Source of the DNA: Leucoraja erinacea
Lineage: Eukaryota
NCBI RefSeq assembly: GCF_028641065.1
Contig: NC_073404.1
Span: forward strand, 7,750,001 to 7,814,000
Direction of reading: 5' to 3'
DNA: 64,000 nt
The translations under genes and the position numbers were made by a program. Of this stretch, positions 1-11,253 are shown in pieces (within the stretch, counting starts at the first letter, position 1; every line of letters begins with the position of its first letter). The notes below the pieces were generated by a model. That model worked only from the letters and a program-made list of their open reading frames with translations, was not told the DNA's origin and did no database searches.

Positions 1-295
1 CAGGCAATAAAAGAGACAATGCAATGTGCTCAATGGCAAGGTTTGAGATTGACCATCAGATAAGCAGATGCATGATAACCACTTTTAAAGGAAAGACAGA
101 TGCAATGAAATCACTTACACTACAAAGCAAAAATAAATCCACACTTTAAAGTGAAATAAAGAGAAGTCAGCAGGATTAAAACTAAACATCAAATTAGCTG
201 GATTTGTGTGTTTGTGGGCTCTCCTCATGCAGTGGTGTACCTGTGGTCGGCTGCCCCTCAAAGTAAGCTGTCCTGCCACGGCACACTGCTCAATT

Positions 296-614
296 AGAAT
301 AGAATAGTTTCTTTATTGTCATTGTAACATGAGCCATGTACAACGAAATTTAAAAATGTCAGCCAGTCAGTGCACCATTCAAACATTTCTAAAAGCTAAC
401 GATACATACAAGGTAAAATATTAAAAGATAAACAACTAAATAAATATCACGAAAATAGCACGCATAAACACCCAATCCTCCATCCTTCTGTCGATTTCAC
501 AGTGTACCACAGTCCCTTAGTATGTATCGCCCCTGCGTTCCTTGGCGGCTACATTTAGTGCTTTTATAGCAGTGGGGTAAAAACTGTTTTTTGAACTATT
601 ATAAAAAACTATTA
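296..614 (-). mobile_element. 3' fragment of a non-LTR retroelement inserted in transposase copy 1
   Basis: Interrupts the transposase C-terminus. On the minus strand it ends in AATAAA plus a (TATTC)n-like tail. Family not identified. Confidence 0.5.
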
Positions 615-782
615 TAATTCTGAATTATAGTATGCGCAGAGATGGTCTCTTTGCTCTTTGCTCTTTTGCACTGTTGGTCCCCATGTTACATCTGAAACAC
701 TGCAGTGGCACCAAAGCCGTGTTGTTTGCACCACTTCACCATGCACCCGGTGTTATTCTCCCTGTTTGACTGTCCACTAAGT

Positions 783-1136
783 CAGTGATTCCCAACCTGG
801 GGCCATACCATGGCAAATTTCAGGGGGGGGCCACAGAAACATTTTGGGATTTAGGGGGCCACAGGTTCAATGAAGGGGGCCACAGAGCTACCACCCTGTT
901 GCCTCCTACATTTCAGTGCTAATAAATTTAAATGTATGTAGTTGAAATATTTTTGATGTTTGTGGAATAGAATAAAAGAGAATATATGTGCAATTAATAG
1001 ACACTGATATTTTTATGGAAGTTATTATAATATTGAAGTACTTTTTTCCCGCTAATAATGTCAGAGGGGGGGGGGGGCACAGAAAAATTAAGAGATCCCA
1101 AGGGGGCCATGAGCTAAAAAAGGTTGGGAACCACTG
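783..1136. mobile_element. hAT-type MITE
   Basis: TIRs CAGTGATTCCCAACCT / AGGTTGGGAACCACTG; perfect 8-bp TSD CACTAAGT at 775-782 and 1137-1144; GGGGCCA subterminal repeats. Confidence 0.92.
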
Positions 1137-2289
1137 CACTAAGTCACCGTCTTGCATGGCTGTCGCTGAACCTGCAGCTGCACCTCTGATTCGGATCGGG
1201 TTGTGCAGAACACATGCAGCAAATACAATAGTCTCTACGTTCTTGGGTTCCTGTTCCATAGTTTTGAGCAAGCATCTAAATCTGTTTGCCAGGATGCCAA
1301 AAGCATTTTCTACAACCCTCCTAGCCCTGGACAGCCTGTAATTAAAGATCCTCTGTACCCTTGTTAAATGTCTGTGTGGATATGGCTTCATCATCCAGGG
1401 CCTTAGTGCAAAGGCATCGTCAGCAACCATTGCATATGGAGTGTCCGGGCTGTCTTCTCCTGGCACAGGTTCGGGATCAGGCATGCCAGCTGTTCCATTT
1501 TCCATTTTGTGCCCAAGCCAGGTCTCTCTCCAAATCCTGCCATCAGCGACACTTCCAGGTGTGCCCACATCCACATACTGGAAGTTGTAGTTAGAATCCA
1601 CCACAGCTAACAGTACAATAGAATGGAATTTTTTGTAATTAAAATAATTTGAGCCACCATTGGGTGGACAACGAATGGCCACATGCTTGCCATCCACAGC
1701 CCCACATGTGTGTGAAGTTCGATCTGTTTTCAAACCCCAGCGCCACTCTCTTCCACGCATCTGGTGTACTGGGGCAGTCCATCACCTCATCTGCATAAAA
1801 ATCGATAATGGCCTCACAGGTCTCTCGGACAATCCCACTGATGGTGTTGTGGCCAACCAGAAAGTTGTACGGGAGACTTTTGTAAGAATCACCCAAAGCC
1901 AAGTAGCGGAGGGTGATGGCTAGGCGCAACCCTGGTTCCAGTGCCTTTCTCATAACCGTGTCATGTTTCGTCAGCAGAGGTCCCAAGTTAGTCTTCAGCT
2001 CATTAAAGAGCTCAGGTGAAATTCTGACTAAATTTTTAAATGCAGATTTATCCTCATCACACAGCACATTAAGCAGCTTTTCATACTGTCCAAAGAGAGA
2101 TCTCCTTTGAATGAGGGGCTTCATTCACTGAGACCTCTTCTTAATTTTCCTCTTTACTCTTTCCCTTCTGCCTTCATTACAACAAGCATCCTTGCATCAC
2201 ATAAAGGGCTGCTGCATACAGCACTCGAACAAAAAACATCACCCATCCTGGTCTCCAGTAGCCTTCTTGCAGACATGTTTCCAAATGAG

Positions 2290-2589
2290 CCAATTTAAAC
2301 AAGGGGGCTTTTTATCGTGTGTAAAAAAAAAGCATGACGTCGTTTTTAACCATGTGATGATTTTTCAACACGTCGGTAAACGTTGTTGGCTCAAGATTAG
2401 TGGGAGAGGAACTTGGTAACTCGGGAGACGAACTTGGAACATCGCAGAAATGACAAGTAAACGGCAAACTTAGTCGTACCCGTGGGAACTCGGTTAAACT
2501 CTTGATCATACACTTGGAATCTCGTACACAACCACGAGTCTTTCACTCGGGGTACCTCATGGGTCAGCTCGCACCGTGAGTCAGGGTTT
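2290..2589 (-). mobile_element. 5' terminal region and TIR of Harbinger family A element (copy 1)
   Basis: 2545-2590 aligns with the terminus at 17053-17098, and its reverse complement aligns with the upstream region of transposase 3 (10957-11253). Confidence 0.75.
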
Positions 2590-2845
2590 TAACTCATACT
2601 TGCAGCATGGTCGCCACGAGGTCGTAGGTGGGTCATAGCAGGTCGTTATGCTAGCCGTAGGTGCTCGTGGCATCAGGTAGGTCGCTGCGTTTTTGCTAGC
2701 CCGATAAAATAATGCCCACGAGTAAAAAAAGGTTGGCATGAAAAAAATGGTGACTTTTTACTCGTAGGTAGGTCGTAGTAGGTCTTGAAGGTAGTTGTAG
2801 GTCGGCAACTGGACCGAGAAGAAAAGGTGAGTGGAAAAAAAAGCT
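2590..2845. mobile_element. Subterminal region of a second Harbinger family (family B)
   Basis: CTCATACTTGCAGCATGGTCG... is the reverse complement of 4990-5026; contains GTCGTAGGT subterminal repeats. Confidence 0.65.
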
Positions 2846-3004
2846 AAAGTAAACATCAGTACGTGACCTCTGTCACTCCAGGGCATTTCCACTTATTGCT
2901 GGAGAGTCTTTGGGAGCAGGAGCTTGTGTGGAGTTGGCACCTAAGAGGCAGCAACGAAGGGGCAGAGCACCACCCTCCAAATAACCTGCCATGAAGGTTT
3001 TGCC

Positions 3005-3120
3005 CAAAGATCCTATAGTGGAGCAAGATCGTCCACTCGACGAAAAAGCCGTAGTAGGGTCATGTGTAATCTTTAGTGCCATTTCCGTAACCGGGTTCCG
3101 TCTCTGCTCTAGTATCTTTG
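3005..3120. mobile_element. Short MITE-like element
   Basis: Imperfect inverted termini CAAAGATCCTA / TAGTATCTTTG; no clear TSD. Confidence 0.35.
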
Positions 3121-3279
3121 CTTTGGTCATGGTGTCTTCATACACCAATCACCTTTTTTGTTTCTCAGCTGCAGGTGATCATTTTTGATATTCCTGCCTC
3201 GTCTTCCTTATTAACTTTGAACATACAAAATATTGCCATTAGGAAGGAGCTCCAGAAAATCCTGCACCCACTCAAGCCA

Positions 3280-3280
<1 letters not shown>

Positions 3281-3320
<40 letters not shown>
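3281..3320. repeat. poly-C tract (C40)
   Basis: Directly visible homopolymer. Confidence 0.95.
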
Positions 3321-3322
<2 letters not shown>

Positions 3323-4032
3323 CATGGACACAGAGCAATCTCCGCCCCCCCCCTTTTTTTTGTTAAGCATCTATTTCCTTTTCCATTTTTTTTAATTTCC
3401 CCCTTACGATTTCCGTACTTTTTCGGTAGGTGCCAGGACCCGTTCAATGTCATCCTTCGCCAGCACACTGCAGGAGGATTATGTCCTCAAATTGGCTGAT
3501 TTTGTGGCCTCTATGGTACACGTCATTCCTTCAGAGGACTTGATGTCGCTCACCATCGGCATTGTTAACCCCCTCCGCTCATGAGGTGCTGAGGATTTTT
3601 CCCATCGATTAAAAATAAGAGTTGTTAGTGTTTAAAAAATGTTGAGGTTCTCTCTCCTGTCAATCACGCCATGAAGGCCACACCCCATCCAGTGGGAAGG
3701 GGAGAAGACTATAAAACCCAGAAGTGTGGGCGTGGCTCAGTCTCTGCAAGATGGGGGAGAGGTCACAACTCTCTGTCTTTGGTGGCCTTGCACCCTGCTT
3801 GAAGTGGCAGGAAACTGCACTTGAATTTGGTGGCCCTGCATCCTGCTTGAAGTGGAATTTCAAGGAATAGCTGTGAGTCAACTGCCAGCCCACCAGCCGT
3901 GAGTGAGTGAGTGAGCTGCCAGCACAACAGGCTTGAGAGACTGAGCCACCAGCCCAAGAATCAATTCGGCCCACAATGTCCATACTAGCCCTCTGGAAAC
4001 CAGTCCACAAGACTCATACTAGCGCTCCAGAA

Positions 4033-4035
<3 letters not shown>

Positions 4036-4074
<39 letters not shown>
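4036..4074. repeat. poly-C tract (C39)
   Basis: Directly visible homopolymer. Confidence 0.95.
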
Positions 4075-4139
4075 ATATACACCTTTTTTTTGCAGTAGTC
4101 GCCTATAAACCCCAGAAGATCAGTGGAGAAATTGAGCAG

Positions 4140-4620
4140 CTTGACCATCGGTGCCCATTGCATCATACGCTTTAAAAGATCTACAGAGACTTCAATATAT
4201 TTCTCCTGTAGTGTCTGGGAGTTGGCAATATCCGTCTGCGATTCCTGGCGTTTTTAGCTGCATAGAAATGACCATGATAAAAGTACAATGAAGGATGGAT
4301 GCATGGATTGATGAATGAGAAGACAAATATGCAGAATTTTTAAACAAGGTACTTACTGTCTAGATCAGCTTGTACCAATCTGCCTCTCTGTCATCTTTAT
4401 CAATTGCATGTGGGGTGGAGGCTGCACTGAGGCTGGTACGTGCCATGCTCCTCTTCGGGTGCTGCTGACTGGTGGAGATGTTGGTGCAGATGTTCCCTCG
4501 AGTGGATCACCCTCCTCTTTACAGGGCTCACTGTGCAGTGGCTTGCTCATGTTAAACTGGAAGAAAATACATTTGTCTTACAAACTGTCAAGACCATCAA
4601 GACCAATTATAACAATTATC
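4140..4620 (-). pseudogene. Remnant exons of a Harbinger MADF/Myb-like partner gene
   Basis: GDPLEGTSAPTSP exon and the following exon and intron are colinear with 9150-9660 and similar to DPVEGTS in the intact gene at 14320-14481. Confidence 0.65.
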
Positions 4621-4654
4621 TTATTGGTACTCTTTCTATTCACTTTCACAAGAT

Positions 4655-4980
4655 CTGAGGAGGTTCACAATAACCAACCTAATCTCCCGGTGGCTCAGCA
4701 CTTCATCTCCCCCTCCCATTCCAAATCTGACCTTTCTGTCCTGGGCCTCCTCCATGGCCAGAGTGAGGACCACTGTAAATTGGGGGAGCAGCACCTCATA
4801 TTCTGCTTGGGCAGTTTGCACACTCTGTAATTTCAGGTAGTCCCTGCTTTCTCCTCCCCTTACTAGCTCTCCCTCAGTCCACTGGCTCCACCTCTTCCTC
4901 TCGCAACCCCCGCCCCCCCCTTCACATCAGTCTGAAGAAGGGTTTTGACCCGAAACGTTGCCTTGTTCCTTCGCTCCATA
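4655..4980 (+). mobile_element. Penelope-like element 3' fragment (GIY-YIG tail plus pLTR)
   Basis: VAQHFISPSHS...EQHLIFCLGSL peptide, followed by CTGAAGAAGGGTTTTGACCCGAAACGTT at 4932-4959. Confidence 0.8.
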
Positions 4981-5067
4981 CAAAGACCTCCTAGGACCTC
5001 ATGTCGACCATGCTGCATAGTATGAGTCGAAGGCAAACTCGGCTGAACTCGCGAATTAAGTCGCCGC

Positions 5068-5102
5068 AGTGGGACAGCCCTTAAAGGGCCTGTCCCACTT
5101 AA
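5068..5102. repeat. Back-to-back Harbinger TIRs sharing a TAA target
   Basis: AGTGGGACAGCCCT + TAA (5082-5084) + AGGGCCTGTCCCACT. Confidence 0.8.
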
Positions 5103-5393
5103 GAGACTTGTTTTGCGAGTGCAGGCGACTGTCATGGTCTTGTTAAATAGCCGAAAAGTTGCCATCCTTCGACTGTGTAGAAGACCTCCTAATCGCTGAT
5201 GCTCTCGTGAAAATTGGAGACCCAATAGTGGGGACTAAAGACGACCACCTTTGACTCACAGACAACTACACCGAAAACAAACTACGACCATTTACGACTT
5301 ACCACCGCTCAAATGATCACCTAAAAAATGAAGTCATGTTTACCATGTTATTTCACTATAAAATGGCTTGCTTGTTTAAAATCATCCAGAGCC

Positions 5394-6684
5394 ATGTGTG
5401 CAGGGGAGGAACTCGCAAAGAAAATGCTTGCAGAAAAAATACAATCCCTGCTGCTTGCAGCAGCCCTTGTGCTTGTACAGCCCAAAGGCAGAAGGACAAG
5501 AACAAGGGTGAAGAGGAAGCCCAGGAAGAGGTCTCAGTGGGTGAAGCCCTTCTTCCAAAGGAGATTCAGGTTGGGACAGTCTGAAAACCTGATCAATGTG
5601 CTGCATGAAGAAGATTTGGCTGCTTTTACCAGAATACCCCCTGAGCTGTTTCAGGAGCGGAAGGCAATGGTGGGCCCTCTACTGGAAAAAAGGGAGACCA
5701 ACATGAGGAAGCCACTGGAACCAGGCCTGCGCCTAGCCATCACCCTCCGCTACCCGGCATCAGATGACTCGTACAAGAGCCTCTCCTACAACTTTCCTGT
5801 GGCCCACAACACCATCAGCAAAATTGTCCGAGTGACCTGTGAGGCAATTAGTAAGGTATATGGAGATGATGTGATGGACTGTCCCAGAACACCAGATGAC
5901 TGGAAGAGAGTGGCACAGGGCTTTGATAATAGATGGAACTTCAAGCACACATGTGGGACAGTGGACGGCAAGCATGTGGCCATCCAAGGGAGGGTCAAAA
6001 TACTTCAATTACAAGAAGTTCCATTTGATCGTACTGCTAGCTGTGGTGGATTCAAACTACAACTTCCTGTATGTGGATGTGGGCAGTGTCGTGGATGGTT
6101 AAATCTGGAGATGGACCTCCCTTGGGCAGGCACTGGAAGAAGGAACAACAGGCATGCCTGATCCCAAACCTCTGCCAGGAGAAGACAACCCTGACATACA
6201 CTACACACTGGTTGGTGATGATGCCTTTGCACTCAGGTCATGGATGATGAAGCCATACCCACACAGGCGAATGACAAGTGAACAGAGGATCTTTAATTAC
6301 AGGCTGTCCAGGGCTGGGAGGGTTGTCGAAAACGCATTTGGCATCCTTGCCGGCAGACTTGGATGCTTGCTGACTACGATGGAGCAGGAGCCCGAGAATG
6401 TGGAGACTATTGTGTATACCGCATGTGTCCTCCACAACCTGATCCACCATAACAGAGGCACAGCACCAGCACCAGCCATGGAGGAGGGTGACCGAGTGGA
6501 CAACCAGACAGGAAATATAACACCAGGTGCATGGAGAACTGGAGCACAGGCTGCACCTATGGTGCCACTGCAGCGATTGGCAGGAAACACTGGCAAAAAG
6601 AGTGCCAAGGAGCAGAGAGACCATCTCTCCTTTTACTACAACTCAAAACTGGGCAGTGTGCCATGGCAGAACAAAATGATTTGA
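5394..6684 (+). pseudogene. PIF/Harbinger transposase, copy 2, frameshifted
   Basis: ORFs 5328-6161, 5896-6102 and 6154-6684 give LRLAITLRY, CGTVDGKHV, VGDDAFAL, RVVENAFGILA and SVPWQNKMI*, spread over three reading frames. Confidence 0.93.
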
Positions 6685-6811
6685 AGGACAGCAGCAAACA
6701 TCACACACCACAAACTGAGGTCCATCATTCCTGGTGGAGAGCCCACTGCAGACAATAAAATTCACTTTGAAGGTACATTCAAATCCTGCTGAATTTGTGT
6801 AATTTCAAGTG

Positions 6812-6922
6812 AAGTGGACTTAGGCAGGTGGGACTAAGGGGAAAAAAAATTTGTTCGGCACGGACTTGTAGGGCCGAGATGGCCTGTTTCCGTGCTGTAA
6901 TTGTTATATGGTTATATGGTTA
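6812..6922 (+). mobile_element. CR1 LINE 3' tail
   Basis: GGCCTGTTTCCGTGCTGTAATTG followed by a (TTATATGG)n tail; same subfamily as 15703-16499. Confidence 0.75.
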
Positions 6923-7909
6923 TTGAATTTCTGTTTCTCTTTTGAGTTTAAAAAAAATTGACAAATGTCTGTTCTAAATGCAGTGCTTTGCTGACCTGTT
7001 TGTTTGATGACTGTAAATATATTTCAAACAAAATTTATTTTAAAAGCCTTGGAGGAGGGTGCTTGCTTTATTGTTATAATCTTTGCTTGCGTTTTATTGT
7101 CTAGATTAATCGGAAAATATAAAAATAATATTCTTTTACAAACAGTTCATTGCTTGTGTTTTCTTTTTCTTTTTAGATTTATCGAGATGTATAAAAATGT
7201 TCTTTTAAATTCAGTGTATTGCTTGTTTCAGTGTTAAGATTTATCAAAAATCGTATTTATCAAAAAGCTTATGTCAATCTCTTCTTTTCTTCCTTATTCC
7301 TGTTTTGCTATTAAATTAAAAATTAAGAAATTGTATATGAAATGTAATACGTCAACATTAGGTAATACCACAGTATTTGTACTTACTTCTAACAAAAATA
7401 AATACAAATTAAAAAAATCAAATGTATAAAAATTTTCTTTTAAATTCAGTGTATTGCTTGTTTTAGTGTCAGATTTATCAAGATGTATCAAAATTATATC
7501 CTTTTAAATGCAGTGCATTTGAAGTGCTTGCATCTGTTTTCTTCATCAAAATAAATGTGAAAAGTCAAACTGTAAATGCAGTGCATTCCTTCCTTGCTTT
7601 TGTGTGTGTTTCAATGATCTAAATATATGAGAAATGAAATATGAGATATGTGATAACATGAGGGACCACTATGAAAAAAAGTGATATTCATACATCAATT
7701 TGAGGTTAAAAAAAACAGGAATTTCCTTTATTGGTAATGAAAGGTATAACATTCCTATATACAAACAAATGTTGATAACAACATTTTTAACAAGAGATTT
7801 GAATAAACCAAAAAAAAAATTGAGAACTTCAAAATATATCTATAAAACTGCAAACAAGTAACTTTCCAAACACTCAACATGAACATAACCATCAACGTCA
7901 AAGAAAAAC

Positions 7910-9950
7910 TCAATTTTGCCCCTGGTCCCTGTTGTTATCATATCCTCTTGCTACTGGTGCCAGTCTGTGTCTTTCTCGTATATTGTAGTCTAAGTAATCA
8001 GCTGCAATTGAAGATGAGGTAGATCTTCCAGGCCGCATATCATTCGCACGTCTGGTGCTTGTCCCATCCCTGACCGTTTTTGAAACACAGAATCATATAT
8101 AAGTGGAAGTCAAATAAAATTAGAAATATCTCACTGAGCAGTTGTGTGACTAAGAATTGCAACTATCAAAGCGATTATTATTTTTTTTATACTGTTCAAC
8201 ATAATGAGATGGTTGCTTCATGGGAAACATCCGACGTGGTGCCACTTGTTGTGGGACTGCCTGTGACAGTGTCTGAAAACAAATAATCAAGATCAATTGA
8301 AAGACCAAAACAATAAAGACCGTCCAAAGCTGTGTTGACATAGATTTTGAATTAAAACTAAACTGGCAAAAAGTTTTATGTCTTTGTGGTCCCATCATGG
8401 ACTACTTTTGAAACACAGAAACATTACGAATAGAAGGAAGGTAAATGTAATCATCTTAACAAGCTGTGATTGGCAAACAATTAAAGGGCAAACTAAGCTC
8501 ACAATTTTTTTTAAATTTATGTAAAACCTGGTCAGCCTGCAGGTGTGGTTGAGCCCCCCATTCGCACGTCTGGTGCTTGTCCCATCCCTGACCATTTTTG
8601 AAACACAGAATCATATACAAGTGGAAATCAAATAAAATTAGAAATATCTCACTGAGGAGTTGTGTGACTAAGAATTGCAACTATCAAAGCGATTATTATA
8701 TTTTTATACTGTTCAACATAATGAGATGGTTGCTCCATGGGAAACATCTGTTGCCGTCCCACTTGTGGCATCGGCTACTCAGACAACAACACACATGAAA
8801 TCATTGTAGACAAAAAAGCTGGAGAAACTCAGCGGGTGAGGCAGCATCGATGGAGCAAGGGAAATGGGCAACTTTTCGGGTCGAAACCCTTCTTCAGTCT
8901 GAAGAAGGGTCTCAACCAGAAACATTGCCTATTTCCTTCAGTCTGAAGAAGGGTCTCGACCAGAAACGTCGCCTATTTCCTTCACTCCATAGATGCTGCC
9001 TCACCCACTGAGCTTCTCCAGCATTTTTGTCTACCTTCGATTTTCCAGCATCTGCAGTTCCTTCTTAAACATGAAATCATTGTGATCATTTCATCTAAAA
9101 AATAAATTTTGAGGACCGATAAATTCGGTCGATTACAGTCTTCATAAGCTCTCTGATGAAAATGAGCATATACTTAGACGGTGCACATATTACCAAAGAG
9201 CTAATAAATTCGGTCAAGTTCTCAACATATTTCTCCTGTGGTGTCTTGGTCTTGGTGGCTTCCTTTAATGTTTGGTTGACGACTTTTGCCAGTTTCAGGA
9301 GCTGCAACATAAATGACCATGACCAAAGTACAATGATGGATGGATGCATTGATGAATGAGAAGATACATATGCAGAATTATTACACAAGGTACTTACCAA
9401 CGTGATCAGATCAATCCGATCTGCATCTCCCTCATCCTCAGTGACATGCTCAGGGGTGTAGGATCCACTGCGGCTGGCCTGTGCCTCCATCCTCCTCCTC
9501 TTGCAGTGCTGCTGACTGGTGGAGGGGGTAGATGCAGATGTCCCCTCAAGTGGATCTTCCACCTTTACACAGGGCACACTGGGCAGTGCATTGCTTTTTT
9601 TTCAACTGGAAGAAATAAAATTTGTTTTACAATGTGTCAAGACCATCAAGGCAAACTATTTTATGACAATGACAGATGCAGCAACAGCAGCCGTGCCTGG
9701 ATTCAGTCCCGGATGGGGTGGTGGTGGGGTCAAGGCCTACCTCCATGGTCTTCTCCTGTGCATACTCCAGGGCTTCCACCTTCAGGCATTCTCCACCTTC
9801 AGGGCATTCTCCACCTGTGCCATCTCCACCTGCCTGGTGGGTGGTGCTGGGGGTTGTGTGTTGCCCCTGCGTTGAACCTTCCTTCTCCTGGGAGCCATGT
9901 TCCACCGTCTGATCTCTTAGGGGGAGGAAAGCGTAATGGTCGCGCACTAG
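7910..9950 (-). pseudogene. Degenerate multi-exon MADF/Myb-like partner gene, convergent with transposase 2
   Basis: EDPLEGTSASTPSTSQQH exon with a GTAAGT donor near 9395, followed by an LLKLAKVVNQ... exon. The MADF-like part is missing, a PLE is inserted, and 8043-8230 is duplicated at 8561-8748. Confidence 0.6.
8808..9068. mobile_element. Penelope-derived short insertion with inverted and tandem pLTR pieces
   Basis: Head-to-head CTTCTTCAG-T-CTGAAGAAG palindrome; flanked by direct repeat ACATGAAATCATTGT (8793-8807 and 9069-9083). Confidence 0.85.
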
Positions 9951-10956
9951 AAGTGGAGCTGTTTATACATGCCTTTTTTTTTGCAGTGAGCCAATGAAAA
10001 TCATCGGTCAGCAAACAAATGCGATGAACTAAACTACCTACGACTACCTACGCCTACCCGGTGAAAGATATGCAAAAAAAGTAAAAAGGAAACAGGCAAT
10101 TGTTAGCTGTGGGCCAGGTGAGATCAAGTACAGATAATGAGACTCAATTGCAGACCAGCCCACGTTTTTCTTACATTTCTCCCTTTCTCCAGTACCTTCT
10201 GCACCCACTGTAGGCCGCCCGCGTTTAACGTGTCCGCTCCTTTCCTCCACGTCTCCCACTTCTCAACATACTGTACACTCTCGGGGCCACAATGCAATCA
10301 CATACAAGCCTCCGGCGCCCCCTTGGTTGGCCTGGGGGCAGTTCTTTAATGACCCCCAACCCCCCTCATTTTTAGTTGCGCTCAAATTATTCATTCACGC
10401 TGACACATGAACAAAAAAATCCACTCTAACCCAAAGTGTCCGCTTCCCCACTCTTACACGCCCTCCTTTCTGTGCTCAACGTGGGTCCCGGCTACAGGTC
10501 CCCAGTCCCAGGCTCGAACCCCTGACCGCCAACGCTCGACCTTGTCCGTGGGAACCGGGCACAGGCGCCTCGTCCAAGACTCGAACCTCCCACTGCCGTG
10601 GCTTTCCCGGCGGGACCCTGTAACTTACAGGGGTTGCGAACCTCCTGTCACCATTGCTATTCTCTCGTTATTCGCCCCCCCAATTGCTACTTCTTATTTT
10701 CTCCGTTTTTCTCTCTCTTTATAATTCTTTCTGAGGGTGTATAAATATACCCCTAACTCTCTCTCATATATACCTCTCTATATCCATCTGCCTTTCTCTC
10801 TGTCTCTCACATATACACATACACACAAACACACACCTCTCTTGGGGGCGACCAAACTGATGATGTGCCTCCACTACGCCGCAGGGGAAGAAATCTGCGT
10901 CCCAGCTGCCGCCGTAAGCCGCCGCAAACCTGAGTTTTCCCGGACAGCGAAGCTAA
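9676..10956. repeat. Local direct duplication, copy 1 (partner 18471-19828)
   Basis: Colinear alignment at an offset of about 8.8 kb; the core is nearly identical and the flanks carry many indels. Confidence 0.92.
10413..10681 (-). ncRNA. Candidate structured, possibly Pol III, non-coding RNA (unidentified), copy 1
   Basis: Three GGTTCG B-box-like motifs, several hairpins, and a terminal hairpin followed by T7; one substitution versus copy 2. No family recognised. Confidence 0.3.
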
Positions 10957-11253
10957 TGGCTAGATCTCACGGTGCGACGTGATGCAAGATCTCTCCCGAG
11001 TGAAGTGGTCGTGGTCCAGTAAGAGTTCCGCAAGAGTTCCGCACGATATAGCGGGAGGTAGATAAAGAGTTTCCACGGTACTCTACAATTCTGTCATTTT
11101 TGCGAGTGACTTGTCCGTCTCCCGATCTTTCGCGGTAATCGTGAATGAACATCGTGGAATGTAGTGTAGTTCATCACGTGGCACAAATGATGTCACTTTT
11201 TTTCACACACTATAAATATAACCTCCGTTCTTAGAATTTGCTCATTTGCAGAC

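Larger units (their letters stand above)
258..2276 (-). pseudogene. PIF/Harbinger (HARBI1-like, DDE_Tnp_4) transposase, copy 1, disabled
   Basis: ORFs 1639-2124 and 906-1760 carry LRLAITLRYLA, CGAVDGKHV, YFNYKKFHSIVL, VADDAFAL and RRVVENAFGILANRF. There is a frameshift near 1720. The C-terminus (SVPWQDSLL*) resumes at 258-294 beyond two insertions. ATG at 2276. Confidence 0.93.

Noticed and set aside
3118-3499. Poly-Pro and poly-Gly ORFs
   Set aside because: Products of the C40 homopolymer, whose length is also unreliable in assemblies.
10600-10681. HDV/CPEB3-like ribozyme on the minus strand (GGGGGCG...TCGCAACCCCTGT)
   Set aside because: P3 cannot pair and the L3 consensus is absent.
10420-10690. 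Telomerase RNA, prompted by CTAACCC at 10426
   Set aside because: No full template, no P2b/P3 pseudoknot signature, no CR4/5 P6.1 and no convincing H/ACA domain.
10407-10724. ORFs 10407-10724 and 19137-19562 as proteins
   Set aside because: No recognisable domain, and the two copies differ in start and 3' frame; open frames are expected in GC-rich DNA.
10854-10937. C/D box snoRNA (TGATGA...CTGA with an AAAC/GTTT stem)
   Set aside because: The guide region and terminal stem are not conserved in the duplicate (19678-19765), and there is no plus-strand host gene.
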